The position numbers and the translations under genes are program-made. A stretch of DNA of 64,000 bases, from NCBI GenBank assembly GCA_963665325.3, contig CAXXWS020000003.1:950981-1014980 (forward strand), written 5' to 3'. This DNA comes from Alphaproteobacteria bacterium. GTDB taxonomy: Bacteria > Pseudomonadota > Alphaproteobacteria > Bin95. The notes beneath the pieces were generated by a model that saw only the letters and a list, made by a program, of their open reading frames with translations, searched no databases and was not told where the DNA came from. This document shows positions 8,099 to 19,591 of this stretch, piece after piece. Positions within the stretch are counted from its first letter, which is position 1. The number at the start of each line of letters is the position of its first letter.

Positions 8099-8667
8099 AA
8101 ATCGCCCGCCTGCATCTCGAATCTCAGCACCTCCAGCCCGAAGGCGCGAACGAGCCCGGCGCGGCGCCTCATGCCGAGGCGCGTCAGCACGGCGATGGAC
8201 GGGGCGTTCTGCGGCAGGACGAAGGCTGCGATCTCCGGCAGCGCCAGCCTTTCGAACCCGTAAGCCAGCGCGGCGCGCCCGCCCTCGGTCGCATAGCCCC
8301 GCCCCTGCCTATCGGGGTCGATCAGGAACAGGAGTTCGGTTTCGCCGGATTCGGACAGCCGCCGGAGCCCCAGATGCCCGACAAGGCGGCCCGAGGCGCG
8401 TTCGACGACCGCCCAGGGACCGTAGCCGCCCCGCTCCCACGCCCCCCGAAACGCTGCGATAGTTGCATCGGATCCCTGCGCGGCCTCGGCCGGGTCCTCC
8501 GTGTGGCTCGGCAGGAAGCGCGTCACGCCGGGCTTCCGGCGTATCGCCCGGTAGGCCGGCCCGTCAGCGGCCTCGAAGGGGCGCAGCAGCAGGCGGTCGG
8601 TCTCTATCGCGGTCAAGGCGCCGCCCCACGCCCGTTCACGACCGCCGTTTCGTCTTGCCGTGGACAT
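8053..8667 (-). CDS. GNAT family N-acetyltransferase (RimJ/RimL-like)
   Basis: 204 aa. Motifs include IETDRLLLRPF, the acetyl-CoA motif IDPDRQGRGYATEGGRAAL and AFVLPQNAPSIAVLTRLGM. Its 3' end overlaps the convergent LysR gene by 46 nt. Confidence 0.8.
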   Translation of the reverse strand: MSTARRNGGRERAWGGALTAIETDRLLLRPFEAADGPAYRAIRRKPGVTRFLPSHTEDPAEAAQGSDATIAAFRGAWERGGYGPWAVVERASGRLVGHLGLRRLSESGETELLFLIDPDRQGRGYATEGGRAALAYGFERLALPEIAAFVLPQNAPSIAVLTRLGMRRRAGLVRAFGLEVLRFEMQAGDFQGARGVPSPGGSSQ

Positions 8668-9163
8668 GCGGCGGGAGCAGGTCGGCGGGGCCGCCGGGGC
8701 GGAGCGGGCGGGGGGGGTAGCGGCCGAGCGTTATTGTCCGGTCGTACATCACGATGGCGCCGGCCATGGCGACATTGACGCAGAAGGACGTCGGGATGCG
8801 GACCACATGGGCGCAGCGCTCCAGCACCGGCCCCGACAACGAGTCGCGCTCGGGGCCCAGTATGTAGGCGGCGCGCGCCGGGTGGCGGAAGCTCGGCAGG
8901 TCCACCGCCTCGTCGATCAGCTCCACGCCCACCAGCGCACAGCCGCGCGGCAGCACCATGGCGCCCGCGTCCGGGAAGGCGTAGAGCGGCACTCGGCCGG
9001 GCGCGTGCGATGTGTCGCCGCCTCCCCGCCCGGTCCGCTCGGCATAGCTTGCGCCCACCGTAAAGAGGAAACTCGCACCGAACGCCTGTGCCGAGCGGAA
9101 CAGGTTTCCGGCGTTGAGCGGCTTGCTCAGCCCCTCGACGCCGATGCCGAAATAGCCTTTCAT
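8636..9163 (-). CDS. SpoU/TrmH family RNA 2'-O-methyltransferase
   Basis: 175 aa. MKGYFGIGVEGLSKPLNAGNLFRSAQAFGASF and ILGPERDSLS...VRIPTSFCVNVAMAGAIVMYD match SpoU motifs. Confidence 0.8.
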   Translation of the reverse strand: MKGYFGIGVEGLSKPLNAGNLFRSAQAFGASFLFTVGASYAERTGRGGGDTSHAPGRVPLYAFPDAGAMVLPRGCALVGVELIDEAVDLPSFRHPARAAYILGPERDSLSGPVLERCAHVVRIPTSFCVNVAMAGAIVMYDRTITLGRYPPRPLRPGGPADLLPPHVHGKTKRRS

Positions 9164-9201
9164 GACAGGACCGATTCTGGACCCGGGAGGCAGGGCTGTC
9201 C

Positions 9202-10212
9202 ATGCGCGCCGTAGTGGTGGACGACTGGAAACCGTTCGACGAACTCGAACTCCGCGAGACGCCGCCGGCGGCGCTCGGGCCCCGCCATGTGCGCATAAGC
9301 GGGCGGGCCTGCGGCATTTCCTTCGCCGCCTCGCTGGTGGTGCAGGGCCGCTACCAGCGCCGCCCGCCGCTGCCCTTCACCCCCGGCACCGAATATGCAG
9401 GCGTGGTAACCGAGGTGGGCGCGGAAGTCACCCGCTTCCGGCCGGGCGACCGGGTGCTGGCGGTGCTCGACTGGGGCGGGCTGGCGGAAGAAGCCGTCGC
9501 GCTCGAGGTCAACACCTTCGCGATCCCCGACAGTATGGAATTCCACCGCGCCATCCCCTTCACCAACTCCTACCACACCTCCTACGCCGCGCTCTGCTGG
9601 CCGAACATGCTGCGCCTGGCGGCCGGCGAGACGCTGCTGGTGCACGGCGCGGCCGGCGGCGTCGGCATCGCCGCCGTCGAGATCGGCAAGATCCTGGGCG
9701 CGCAGGTAGTCGCGACGGCCGGCTCGGCGGAGAAGCTGGCGGCCGCACGCGAGCACGGCGCGGACCATCTCATCAACTACCGCGAAGCCGATTTCCGTGA
9801 GGAGGTGCTGGCGATCACGGACGGACGCGGGGCGGACGTCATCTACGACCCCGTCGGCGGCGAAGTATTCGAGCAGTCGCTGCGCTGCATCGCCTTCGAG
9901 GGGCGCATCATGCCGGTTGGCTTCGCCGGCGGCACGATCCAGCAGATCCCGGCCAATATCCTGCTGGTCAAGACCGTGACCGTGGTGGGCATGAATTTCG
10001 GCACCTATGTCGGCTGGAGCCCGAAGGATATCCGCTATGAGGTCGAGGACCGGATGCGGGCCGGCATGGACCGGCTCTTCGCCTGGTTCGAGGAAGGCCG
10101 CCTCAGGCCGAGGGTGGACCTGACCTTCCCGCTGGAGGGCTTCAAGGACGCGATGGCGGCGGTGCTCTCGCGCCGCGCCATAGGGCGGGTCGCCGTGGTG
10201 ATGGAGCCGTAG
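9202..10212 (+). CDS. NADPH:quinone oxidoreductase / zinc-type alcohol dehydrogenase superfamily (MDR)
   Basis: 336 aa. It has PFTPGTEYAGVVTEVG and the Rossmann motif LLVHGAAGGVGIAAVEIGKILGAQV. Confidence 0.85.
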   Translation: MRAVVVDDWKPFDELELRETPPAALGPRHVRISGRACGISFAASLVVQGRYQRRPPLPFTPGTEYAGVVTEVGAEVTRFRPGDRVLAVLDWGGLAEEAVALEVNTFAIPDSMEFHRAIPFTNSYHTSYAALCWPNMLRLAAGETLLVHGAAGGVGIAAVEIGKILGAQVVATAGSAEKLAAAREHGADHLINYREADFREEVLAITDGRGADVIYDPVGGEVFEQSLRCIAFEGRIMPVGFAGGTIQQIPANILLVKTVTVVGMNFGTYVGWSPKDIRYEVEDRMRAGMDRLFAWFEEGRLRPRVDLTFPLEGFKDAMAAVLSRRAIGRVAVVMEP

Positions 10213-10214
10213 CA

Positions 10215-11288
10215 ATGGCGTGGCCGAGGGCCCTTCCCGCAGCCTTGCTGGCGCTCGCCCTTGCCGCCTGCTCCGGGGTGGACCGACCCGGCGTGCCGGC
10301 AACCGGCGCGGAGCGCCAGGAGGCGCGCCGGCTGTTGCAGGCGAGCGCCATTCCGCAGCAGAGGCAGCTCGGCGAGGCGGACCAGCATGCCTCGCTGGCG
10401 CGGGTCGTCCGCCATATCCGCCCGGCGGCCCACCGGGTCTGCCAGCGCATGAGGGGCGCGAATTGCGGCGCGATCCTCTCGCGCAGCCCCGTCCGCTCGA
10501 GAGACCGGAAAATCAACGCCCATGTCGATGGCAGCCATCGGGTGACGATGAATGCCGGCCTGCTGCGCGCCTCCGGCTCGGACGAGGAAATCGCCGCCGT
10601 GCTGGCGCACGAATACGGCCATGTGATCGCCGACCATGTGGACAAGCGCATGAAGGATGCCAGCGCCGGCGCGCTGGGCGGGCTGCTCGCCGGCGCGCTG
10701 GTCGGGGCCGTCATCTGCGACAGCTCCAAGAACGACTGCATGGGGCACATGGTGCGCACGGGCGGGTCGATGGGCCTCGGAATGGGCGCTCTCGCCTATT
10801 CCCAGCAGCATGAACTGGAAGCGGACTACTATTCGGCGCTCATTCTGGCGGAGGCCGGCGTGCCCCTGGAGGCGGGCGAAAAGATGCTGATGCGCCTCGC
10901 GCGCACCAAGGAGGGCCGGGAGGGCGGCTTCGGGCGGCTCGGGATGGCGATGGCCAGCACCCATCCGGCGAACGACGAGCGCATCGCCCGCTGGATCGCG
11001 AACCGCCGCGCGCTCCAGCACGCCCTCGCCACCGGGCTCGGCACCGATGCCCAGCTGGCCTCAGAGGCGCGGCGCCGCGCGCTGGAGACCGGCGCCACCG
11101 AGACGCACTGGGCGAACCCCCGCACCGGGCACAGCGGGGCCATATCGGTGAAGAAACGGTGGCGCGCCGCCGCCGGCGAGGCATGCGTGCGGTACGGTTG
11201 GAAAAGCTGGCAGGCCGCAGGCCGTGCCGAGAGGCAAGGCGAGGAAACGGCTTGCAGACAAGCCGGCGGACCGTGGCAGGTCCGGTAG
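10215..11288 (+). CDS. M48 family metallopeptidase, lipoprotein
   Basis: 357 aa. It has a lipobox LALALAACSG, the zinc motif AHEYGHVIADH and a downstream ELEADYYS. A C-terminal extension of about 110 aa has no recognisable motif. Confidence 0.8.
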   Translation: MAWPRALPAALLALALAACSGVDRPGVPATGAERQEARRLLQASAIPQQRQLGEADQHASLARVVRHIRPAAHRVCQRMRGANCGAILSRSPVRSRDRKINAHVDGSHRVTMNAGLLRASGSDEEIAAVLAHEYGHVIADHVDKRMKDASAGALGGLLAGALVGAVICDSSKNDCMGHMVRTGGSMGLGMGALAYSQQHELEADYYSALILAEAGVPLEAGEKMLMRLARTKEGREGGFGRLGMAMASTHPANDERIARWIANRRALQHALATGLGTDAQLASEARRRALETGATETHWANPRTGHSGAISVKKRWRAAAGEACVRYGWKSWQAAGRAERQGEETACRQAGGPWQVR

Positions 11289-11314
11289 CGGCAGAACGCG
11301 GGTTCGACAGCCGG

Positions 11315-14200
11315 GTGGGCGATTCCCGGCTGGCGGCGCGGCTCGGCGCAGAGATCGAAGGCGAGGTGCTGTTCGACCCGTTCGAGCGCGGGCGCTATTC
11401 CACCGACGCCTCGATCTACCAGATCGAGCCTATAGGCGTGGTGCGGCCGCGCTCAGTTGCCGACGTCCAGGCGGCCATGGCGATCGCACGCGAGGAGGGC
11501 GTGCCGGTGCTGCCCCGCGGCGGCGGCACCTCGCAGGCGGGCCAGACAATCGGCGAGGCGCTGGTGCTCGACTGCTCGGCGCATCTGGACCGCATCCTGG
11601 AGATCGATGCCGCGAACCGGCGGGCGCGCGTCGAGCCGGGCGTCGTGCTGGGCCGGCTGAATGCGCGGCTCCGCCGGGACGGGCTCATGTTCCCGGTCGA
11701 TATCTCCACCGCGAGCCGGGCCACGCTCGGCGGCATGGCGGCGAACAATTCCTGCGGCTCGCGCTCGATCCGCTACGGCAACATGGTCCACAACACCCAC
11801 GCCATCGAGGCGATCCTGGCCGACGGCAGCCGCCACCGCTTCGCGCGCATGCCCGGCAATCTCGGCTCCGGAGGCGGCACGCCCGGCTATATCGACCTCG
11901 TGCGCAGGCTCCGCGCCATCGCCGAGCGCGAGCGCGACGCCATCGCGCGCGGCTTCCCGGACGTGCTGCGCAAGGTCGGCGGCTACAATCTCGAAAGCAT
12001 CGATGCCGCCGGGCACAATATGGCCCACCTGCTGGTCGGCTCGGAGGGCACGCTCGGCTTCTTCACCGCGATCGAGGTCGATCTCCAGCCGGTCCCGCCG
12101 CACAAGGTGCTGGGCGTGTGCCACTTCCCGCGCTTTCGCGACGCGATGGACGCCGTGCCCCGGCTTGTGGCGCTGGGTCCCGATGCGGTCGAGCTGGTGG
12201 ACCGCACGATCATCGAGCTCGGGCGCGATATCCAGATGTTCCGGGAGACCGTCAGCGAGGTCGTGCAGGGGCGGCCGGACGCGCTGCTGCTGGTCGAATT
12301 CGCCGGCGAGGACCGGGCCGCGCTGCTCGCCCGGCTGGAGGCGCTCGACGATGCGATGAGCGATCTGGGCCATCCGGGCGCCGTCGTCCGCGCCGTCGAT
12401 CCGGCGCTCCAGGCGCGTATCTGGGGCGTGCGCGAGGCGGGGCTCAATATCGTCATGTCGATGAAGACCGAGGGCAAGCCGGTCTCCTTCATCGAGGATT
12501 GCGCCGTGCCGCTGGAGGATCTGGGAGACTTCACCGACCGGCTGACAGGCGTGTTCGAGAAGCACGGCACGACGGGCACCTGGTATGCCCATGCCTCGGT
12601 CGGCCTGCTGCATGTGCGCCCGGTGCTGAACCTGAAACAGCCCAGGGGGGCGGCCGCGATGCGCGCCATCGCGGAGGAAGCCTTCGCCATGGTGCGCGAA
12701 TACAAGGGCAGCCATTCCGGCGAGCATGGCGACGGCATCGTCCGCTCGGAGTTCCACGAGCGCATGTTCGGGCCGGCGCTGGCACGCGCTTTCGAGGAGG
12801 TGAAGGACACCTTCGACCCCGGGGGCCTCTTCAATCCCGGCAAGATCGTCCGCGCGCCGCGCATGGACGACCGCGCGCTCTTCCGCTTCAAGCCGGGCTA
12901 TGCGGCGGCCCCGCTCGCGCCGGCGCTCGACTGGTCGGACTGGCCCGGCGGCTTCCTCGGCGCGGCCGAGATGTGCAACAACAACGGCGCCTGCCGGAAG
13001 GCCGATCCCGGCGTGATGTGCCCCTCCTTCCGGGCAACCGGGCGGGAGCGTGACCTAACGCGCGGGCGCGCCAACACGCTGCGCCTCGCGCTCTCCGGAC
13101 AGCTCGGCCCGGACGCGCTCGTCTCGGACGACATGGCCCGCACCATGGAGCTCTGCGTCGGCTGCAAGGGCTGCCGGCGCGAATGCCCGACCGGGGTCGA
13201 TATGGCGCGGATGAAGGTTGAGTTCCTGCATCAATACAAGGCCCGGCGCGGCCTGACGCTCCGCGACCGGCTGGTCTCCTCCCTGCCGCATTACGCGCCG
13301 ATGTTCGCGCCCTTCGCCCCGCTGCTGAACGCAGCCGAGGGGGTCGCGCCGCTCCGGGCGTTGCGCGAGCGCGCAACCGGCTTCTCGCGCCGCCGCCGGC
13401 TGCCGGCCTGGCGGCGCGACCGCTTCCGGCCGGTGGAAACCGGGGATACCTCCGGCGGCGAGCGGGAGGCCGTGCTGTTCGCCGACTGCTTCAACACCGC
13501 TTTCGAGCCGGAAAACGCGCGCGCGGCCGCGGCCGTGCTAGAGGCAGCCGGCTTCCGTGTGCGCCATCCACGCGGGTCCGATGGCGCGCGCCCACCCTGT
13601 TGCGGCCGGAGCTGGCTGGCGGCGGGCCGCATCGACCGGGCGCGGGCCGAGATGCAGCGCACCGTCGCCATGCTGCTGCCCTATGCAGAGGCCGGCACGC
13701 CCATTGTCGGCCTGGAGCCCTCCTGCCTGTTCACCTTCCGCGACGAGCTGCAGGCCGTGCTGCCGGGGCCGGAGAGTGCCCGCGTCGGCGAAAGCGCCAT
13801 GATGCTGGAAAGCCTTGTTTCCGAAGGCGAAGCGGCGGAGCGGCTGGCGGAACGGCTCGGGCCGCTGCCGGAAGGGCGCGCGGTCGTCCACGCCCATTGC
13901 CACCGCAAGAGCTTTGACGGCCCGGCGGCGCTGATGGCCGCGCTCTCGCTGGTGCCGGGCCTCGAGCCCGAGCTGGTCGAGAGCTCCTGCTGCGGCATGG
14001 CCGGCAGCTTCGGCTATGAGGCCGAGCATTACGAGGTTTCGATGAAGATGGCCGAAGCCTCCCTGCTGCCGGCCGTGCGCGCGGCCGGCAAAGACGCGAT
14101 CATCGCCGCGGACGGCACCAGTTGCCGCCACCAGATCGCTGACGGCGCCGGCAGACAGGCGCAACATCCCGCACGTATTCTGGAAAGGGCGCTTGCATGA
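11315..14200 (+). CDS. FAD-binding (PCMH-type) plus Fe-S cluster oxidoreductase, D-lactate/glycolate dehydrogenase-like fusion
   Basis: The track ORF is 11159..14200. The N-terminal RYSTDASIYQ..PRGGGTSQAGQ is an FAD-binding domain. The C-terminal CxxCxxCxxxCP (CVGCKGCRRECP) and CCG-type motifs indicate a GlpC-like part. The start is uncertain: GTG at 11315 was chosen because the longer ORF overlaps the M48 gene by 130 nt. Confidence 0.85.
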   Translation: MGDSRLAARLGAEIEGEVLFDPFERGRYSTDASIYQIEPIGVVRPRSVADVQAAMAIAREEGVPVLPRGGGTSQAGQTIGEALVLDCSAHLDRILEIDAANRRARVEPGVVLGRLNARLRRDGLMFPVDISTASRATLGGMAANNSCGSRSIRYGNMVHNTHAIEAILADGSRHRFARMPGNLGSGGGTPGYIDLVRRLRAIAERERDAIARGFPDVLRKVGGYNLESIDAAGHNMAHLLVGSEGTLGFFTAIEVDLQPVPPHKVLGVCHFPRFRDAMDAVPRLVALGPDAVELVDRTIIELGRDIQMFRETVSEVVQGRPDALLLVEFAGEDRAALLARLEALDDAMSDLGHPGAVVRAVDPALQARIWGVREAGLNIVMSMKTEGKPVSFIEDCAVPLEDLGDFTDRLTGVFEKHGTTGTWYAHASVGLLHVRPVLNLKQPRGAAAMRAIAEEAFAMVREYKGSHSGEHGDGIVRSEFHERMFGPALARAFEEVKDTFDPGGLFNPGKIVRAPRMDDRALFRFKPGYAAAPLAPALDWSDWPGGFLGAAEMCNNNGACRKADPGVMCPSFRATGRERDLTRGRANTLRLALSGQLGPDALVSDDMARTMELCVGCKGCRRECPTGVDMARMKVEFLHQYKARRGLTLRDRLVSSLPHYAPMFAPFAPLLNAAEGVAPLRALRERATGFSRRRRLPAWRRDRFRPVETGDTSGGEREAVLFADCFNTAFEPENARAAAAVLEAAGFRVRHPRGSDGARPPCCGRSWLAAGRIDRARAEMQRTVAMLLPYAEAGTPIVGLEPSCLFTFRDELQAVLPGPESARVGESAMMLESLVSEGEAAERLAERLGPLPEGRAVVHAHCHRKSFDGPAALMAALSLVPGLEPELVESSCCGMAGSFGYEAEHYEVSMKMAEASLLPAVRAAGKDAIIAADGTSCRHQIADGAGRQAQHPARILERALA

Positions 14201-14841
14201 CCGCCATCCATGTCTGGGGCATCGTCTCCACCCGCGCGCTCCGCGTCCACTGGACCCTGCAGGAACTTGGCCTGACATACGGGACGACACCGCTCCGCAC
14301 GCGCACGCCGGAGCAGACGGCCCCGGCCTACCGCGCCGTCAACCTGCTGCACAAGATCCCGACGATGGAGATCGACGGCGTGCGCTACACCGAGTCCGGC
14401 GCCATCGCCCTGGAGCTGGCGTCGCGCTTCCGCGACCGGGTCGATCTCTGGCCGGAAGCCGAGCGGGCCCGCGTGCTCGAATGGTGCTTCTATGTGGCGA
14501 TGGAGCTCGACGCGACCTCGCTCTACGTCATCCGCCGCCACGGAGACCTTTCGGAAATATATGGCGAGGCGCCGGTCGCGGTGTCCGGCGCGCGCGAATA
14601 CTGGCTGAAACAGGCGGCGAAGGCCGAAGCGGCGCTCGCCGACGGCCGCCCCTGGCTGCTGGGCGAGACCTTCTCGGTCGCCGATATCATGCTTGGCTCG
14701 TGCCTCGGCTGGGCCGGCCGCCGCGACGTCGCCGTGCCGCAGATCCTCCAGGACTACGACGCCCGCCTCCACACCCGCCCCGGCCGCCAGCGCGCCGAGG
14801 AAGCCAACGAAGGCCGGATGGATACGACGGCGGGCGGATAG
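14197..14841 (+). CDS. glutathione S-transferase family protein
   Basis: 214 aa. The thioredoxin-like N-terminus contains NLLHKIPTMEIDGVRYTESGAI. The ATG overlaps the preceding stop (ATGA). Confidence 0.8.
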   Translation: MTAIHVWGIVSTRALRVHWTLQELGLTYGTTPLRTRTPEQTAPAYRAVNLLHKIPTMEIDGVRYTESGAIALELASRFRDRVDLWPEAERARVLEWCFYVAMELDATSLYVIRRHGDLSEIYGEAPVAVSGAREYWLKQAAKAEAALADGRPWLLGETFSVADIMLGSCLGWAGRRDVAVPQILQDYDARLHTRPGRQRAEEANEGRMDTTAGG

Positions 14842-14860
14842 CGCGGGACTGCCTGCGGGC

Positions 14861-16000
14861 TTACTCCGTCAGGTCGTCCCAGAGTTCGCGGACGCGGGAG
14901 AAGAAGCCCTCGGTTTCGGGGGTGCGGTTCTGGCCGCCGCCTTCCTTCTCGAACTCGCGCAGCAGCTCCGCCTGGCGGCGCGAGAGGTTGACCGGGGTCT
15001 CGACCCTGACCGTCACCAGCATGTCGCCGCGCTGGCGGGTATTCAGCACCGTCATGCCCTTGCCGCGCAGCCTGAAGCGATTGCCGGACTGGGTGCCGGG
15101 CGGCAGGTCGATGCGCGCGCGCCTGCCCTCGACGGTCGGCACCTCAGCCGTCCCGCCCAGCGCCGCCGCCGTCATCGACACAGGGACCTCGCAATGGATA
15201 TGCGGCCCGTCCCGGTCGAACATCGGATGATCCTCGACATCGAGGAAGATATAGAGGTCGCCCGGCGGGCCGCCGCGTTCGCCGGCATCCCCCTCGCCGG
15301 CAAGGCGGATACGGTTGCCCGCCTCGACGCCTGCCGGGATGGTGACCGTGAGCGTACGGCTCCGCTGCACCCGGCCCCGGCCGGAACAGGTCCGGCAGGG
15401 GTCGCGCACCGTCTCTCCCGACCCCTGGCAGGCCGCGCATGCGCGCTCCACGGTGAAGAAGCCCTGGCTCGCCCTTATCCGGCCGGCGCCATTGCAGGTC
15501 GAACAGGTAACGGGCGGCGCACCGCCGGCGGAACCGGTGCCGGAACAGGAGTCGCAGGACGCCGTGCCCGGCACCTCGATCGTCGCCTGCTTGCCCTTGA
15601 AGGCTTCCTCCAGCGAGATGCGCATGTTGTAGCGCATGTCGGCGCCCTGGCGCCGGCCGCCGCGTCCGCGACGCCGGCCGGCCAGATCGCCGAACATCTC
15701 GTCGAAAATGTCGCCGAAGCTGGAGCCGAAGCCGAAATCGAACCCGGGGCTGGCGCCGCCGCCCTGGGTGCGCTGCGTGAAGGCCTCATGGCCCAGCCGG
15801 TCGTAAACCTGGCGCTGCTCCGGGTCCTTCAGGATGTCGTAGGCTTCGTTGACTTCCTTGAAGCGTGCCTCGGCGGTGGCGTCTCCCGGATTGCGGTCCG
15901 GGTGGTACTCCTTTGCGAGCCTGCGATAGGAGCGCTTCAGGTCGTCCGCACTCGCCGTCCGGGGTGCGTCCAGAACCTCGTAGAAGTCGCGTCCGGCCAT
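14861..16000 (-). CDS. dnaJ: molecular chaperone DnaJ
   Basis: 379 aa. It has a J-domain (DFYEVLDAPRTASADDLKRSYRRLAKEYHPDRNPGD), a G/F-rich linker and four CxxCxG zinc-finger repeats. Confidence 0.97.
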   Translation of the reverse strand: MAGRDFYEVLDAPRTASADDLKRSYRRLAKEYHPDRNPGDATAEARFKEVNEAYDILKDPEQRQVYDRLGHEAFTQRTQGGGASPGFDFGFGSSFGDIFDEMFGDLAGRRRGRGGRRQGADMRYNMRISLEEAFKGKQATIEVPGTASCDSCSGTGSAGGAPPVTCSTCNGAGRIRASQGFFTVERACAACQGSGETVRDPCRTCSGRGRVQRSRTLTVTIPAGVEAGNRIRLAGEGDAGERGGPPGDLYIFLDVEDHPMFDRDGPHIHCEVPVSMTAAALGGTAEVPTVEGRRARIDLPPGTQSGNRFRLRGKGMTVLNTRQRGDMLVTVRVETPVNLSRRQAELLREFEKEGGGQNRTPETEGFFSRVRELWDDLTE

Positions 16001-16021
16001 CGGAGCCGCTGCCGGGCCGGA

Positions 16022-17944
<1,923 letters not shown>

Positions 17945-18060
17945 TCGGTTCACCCCTACCCCGTGCGGCAAGCCCGGACCGCCCGCAAGCGCAGCGCCTG
18001 TCCCGGCTCCCTTTCATGACACTGAAAAAATCGGGCGCGCGCCCGACCTCCGTTGCGCGG

Positions 18061-18091
18061 GTATATATGAACGCGCTGTTGGCGCTACAAG
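18061..18091 (-). promoter_or_regulatory. candidate RpoH (sigma-32)-type heat-shock promoter for dnaKJ
   Basis: The minus strand reads CTTG-N18-CATATAT. This is close to the alphaproteobacterial heat-shock consensus CTTG-N17/18-CYTATNT and lies about 120 nt upstream of dnaK. Confidence 0.35.
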
Positions 18092-18143
18092 ACCCGGCGG
18101 CCCCTCGCGAGGTGCGGCAAAAGAAACCCATTCGGGCGGAAAG

Positions 18144-18968
18144 ATGACCGGCACCGTCGTTTCTGCAAGCTACCGCACGGACATCCCGGCCTTTTACGGC
18201 GACTGGTTCGCCCGCCGCCTCGCCGCCGGCTATGCACTGGTGCGCAACCCATGGTCCGGCGCGACCTACCGGGTGGACCTCACGCCGGAAGCCGTCGCCG
18301 GCTATGTCTTCTGGACCCGCAATCCCTCGCCCTTCATGCCTGTGTTGGCAGGGCTCGAGCGGCCTTTCGCCGTCCAGTTGACGATTACCGGCTACGGACG
18401 CCGGCTCGAACCTTCGGTGCCTCCGCCCGAACGCGCCGTCGAAGCCGCGCATGCCCTCGCCGCGCGCTTCGGCCCCCGATGCGTGGTCTGGCGTTACGAC
18501 CCGATCCTGTCGCCGACGCAGGGCCATGTGGAGGCCGCCGGACGGCTGGCGGAATCGCTGCGGGACGCGACTGACGAATGCGTCATCTCCTTCGCTTCCT
18601 TCTACCGCAAGACGCGGCGCAACCTGGCGGCGGCCGGCTTCGCCTGGGAGGACCCGGAGCCGGATCGTCGCGTCCGGCTGGTCGAAGCGCTGGCGGATGC
18701 CGTTTCGCCCCTCCGCCTCACCGTCTGCGCACAGCCGGAGCTGACCGCCGGCGCAGCCGAACCGGCGCGCTGCATCGATCCGGACCGCCTCGGCCTCGGC
18801 GCCCGTCCGGAGCGGGGCAACCGGCCCGGCTGCGCTTGCGCCGCCAGCCGGGACATCGGCGCCTACGACACCTGCCCGCACGGCTGCCTCTACTGCTACG
18901 CCAACGCCTCTCCCAAAGCCGCCCGGCGCCGCTTCAAGGCGCACGACCCCGAAGCCGAGATGCTTTAG
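18144..18968 (+). CDS. DUF1848 domain-containing protein (Cys-rich C-terminus)
   Basis: ATG at 18144, 274 aa. VVSASYRTDIPAFYGDWFARRL..VRNPWSG..VFWTRNP..VWRYDPI matches my recollection of DUF1848. The C-terminus is GCACAASRDIGAYDTCPHGCLYCYA. Confidence 0.7.
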   Translation: MTGTVVSASYRTDIPAFYGDWFARRLAAGYALVRNPWSGATYRVDLTPEAVAGYVFWTRNPSPFMPVLAGLERPFAVQLTITGYGRRLEPSVPPPERAVEAAHALAARFGPRCVVWRYDPILSPTQGHVEAAGRLAESLRDATDECVISFASFYRKTRRNLAAAGFAWEDPEPDRRVRLVEALADAVSPLRLTVCAQPELTAGAAEPARCIDPDRLGLGARPERGNRPGCACAASRDIGAYDTCPHGCLYCYANASPKAARRRFKAHDPEAEML

Positions 18969-19591
18969 CCGACCGCTTCCAGCATGCCCCCGACGGCGGC
19001 CTCGAACATGGCCGGGGTCAGCCGCCCGGTATTGGTGTTGTAGCGCGAGCAATGGTAGCTGTCGGCGAGCAGGCGGCCGCAGCCGAGCCGGTGCAGCGTG
19101 CCGTGGCCGAACGGCCGGGCAGCGCGCCTCTCGCCGAGCGCGGCAAGCACGGCATCGTGGGCGACGCGCCCGAGCGCCAGCACCGCGCCGCTTTCCGGCA
19201 GGTTTTCAAGTTCGCCCGCAAGGAAGGGGCGGCAGGCTGCCACTTCCGCGCCGACGGGCTTATTTTGCGGCGGGACACAGCGGACCGCATTGACGATGCG
19301 GCAGCCGGTAAGCGTGAAGCCGTCTTCGGCATGGCCGCCATAGTTTCCCTGCGCCAGGCCAAACTTCAGCAGAGTCGCGAACAGGAGGTCGCCGGCATAG
19401 TCGCCGGTGAAGGGTCTACCGGTGCGATTGGCGCCGCGCAGACCGGGCGCAAGGCCGACGATCAGCACCTTCGCGCCGCACGGCCCGAAGGCCGGCACAG
19501 GGGCATTGAACCAGCCGGGCTCCGCTTCACGCCAATGATGGCGGAATGCCCGGAGGCGGGGACAGAAGGGACAGTCCGGATCAGGCTCCAT
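18965..19591 (-). CDS. uracil-DNA glycosylase superfamily protein (family 4/5-like)
   Basis: 208 aa. CPFCPRL...VLIVGLAPGLRGANRTGRPFTGDYAGDLL and HCSRYNTNTGRL are present. Confidence 0.85.
   Translation of the reverse strand: MEPDPDCPFCPRLRAFRHHWREAEPGWFNAPVPAFGPCGAKVLIVGLAPGLRGANRTGRPFTGDYAGDLLFATLLKFGLAQGNYGGHAEDGFTLTGCRIVNAVRCVPPQNKPVGAEVAACRPFLAGELENLPESGAVLALGRVAHDAVLAALGERRAARPFGHGTLHRLGCGRLLADSYHCSRYNTNTGRLTPAMFEAAVGGMLEAVG

Noticed and set aside
11159-11314. Longer start (11159) for the FAD/Fe-S oxidoreductase
   Set aside because: It would overlap the M48 peptidase gene by 130 nt and adds an Arg-rich, non-conserved-looking leader. GTG 11315 lies just upstream of the conserved L..L...(I/V)EGEV..D...R..YSTDAS region, although the true start remains uncertain.
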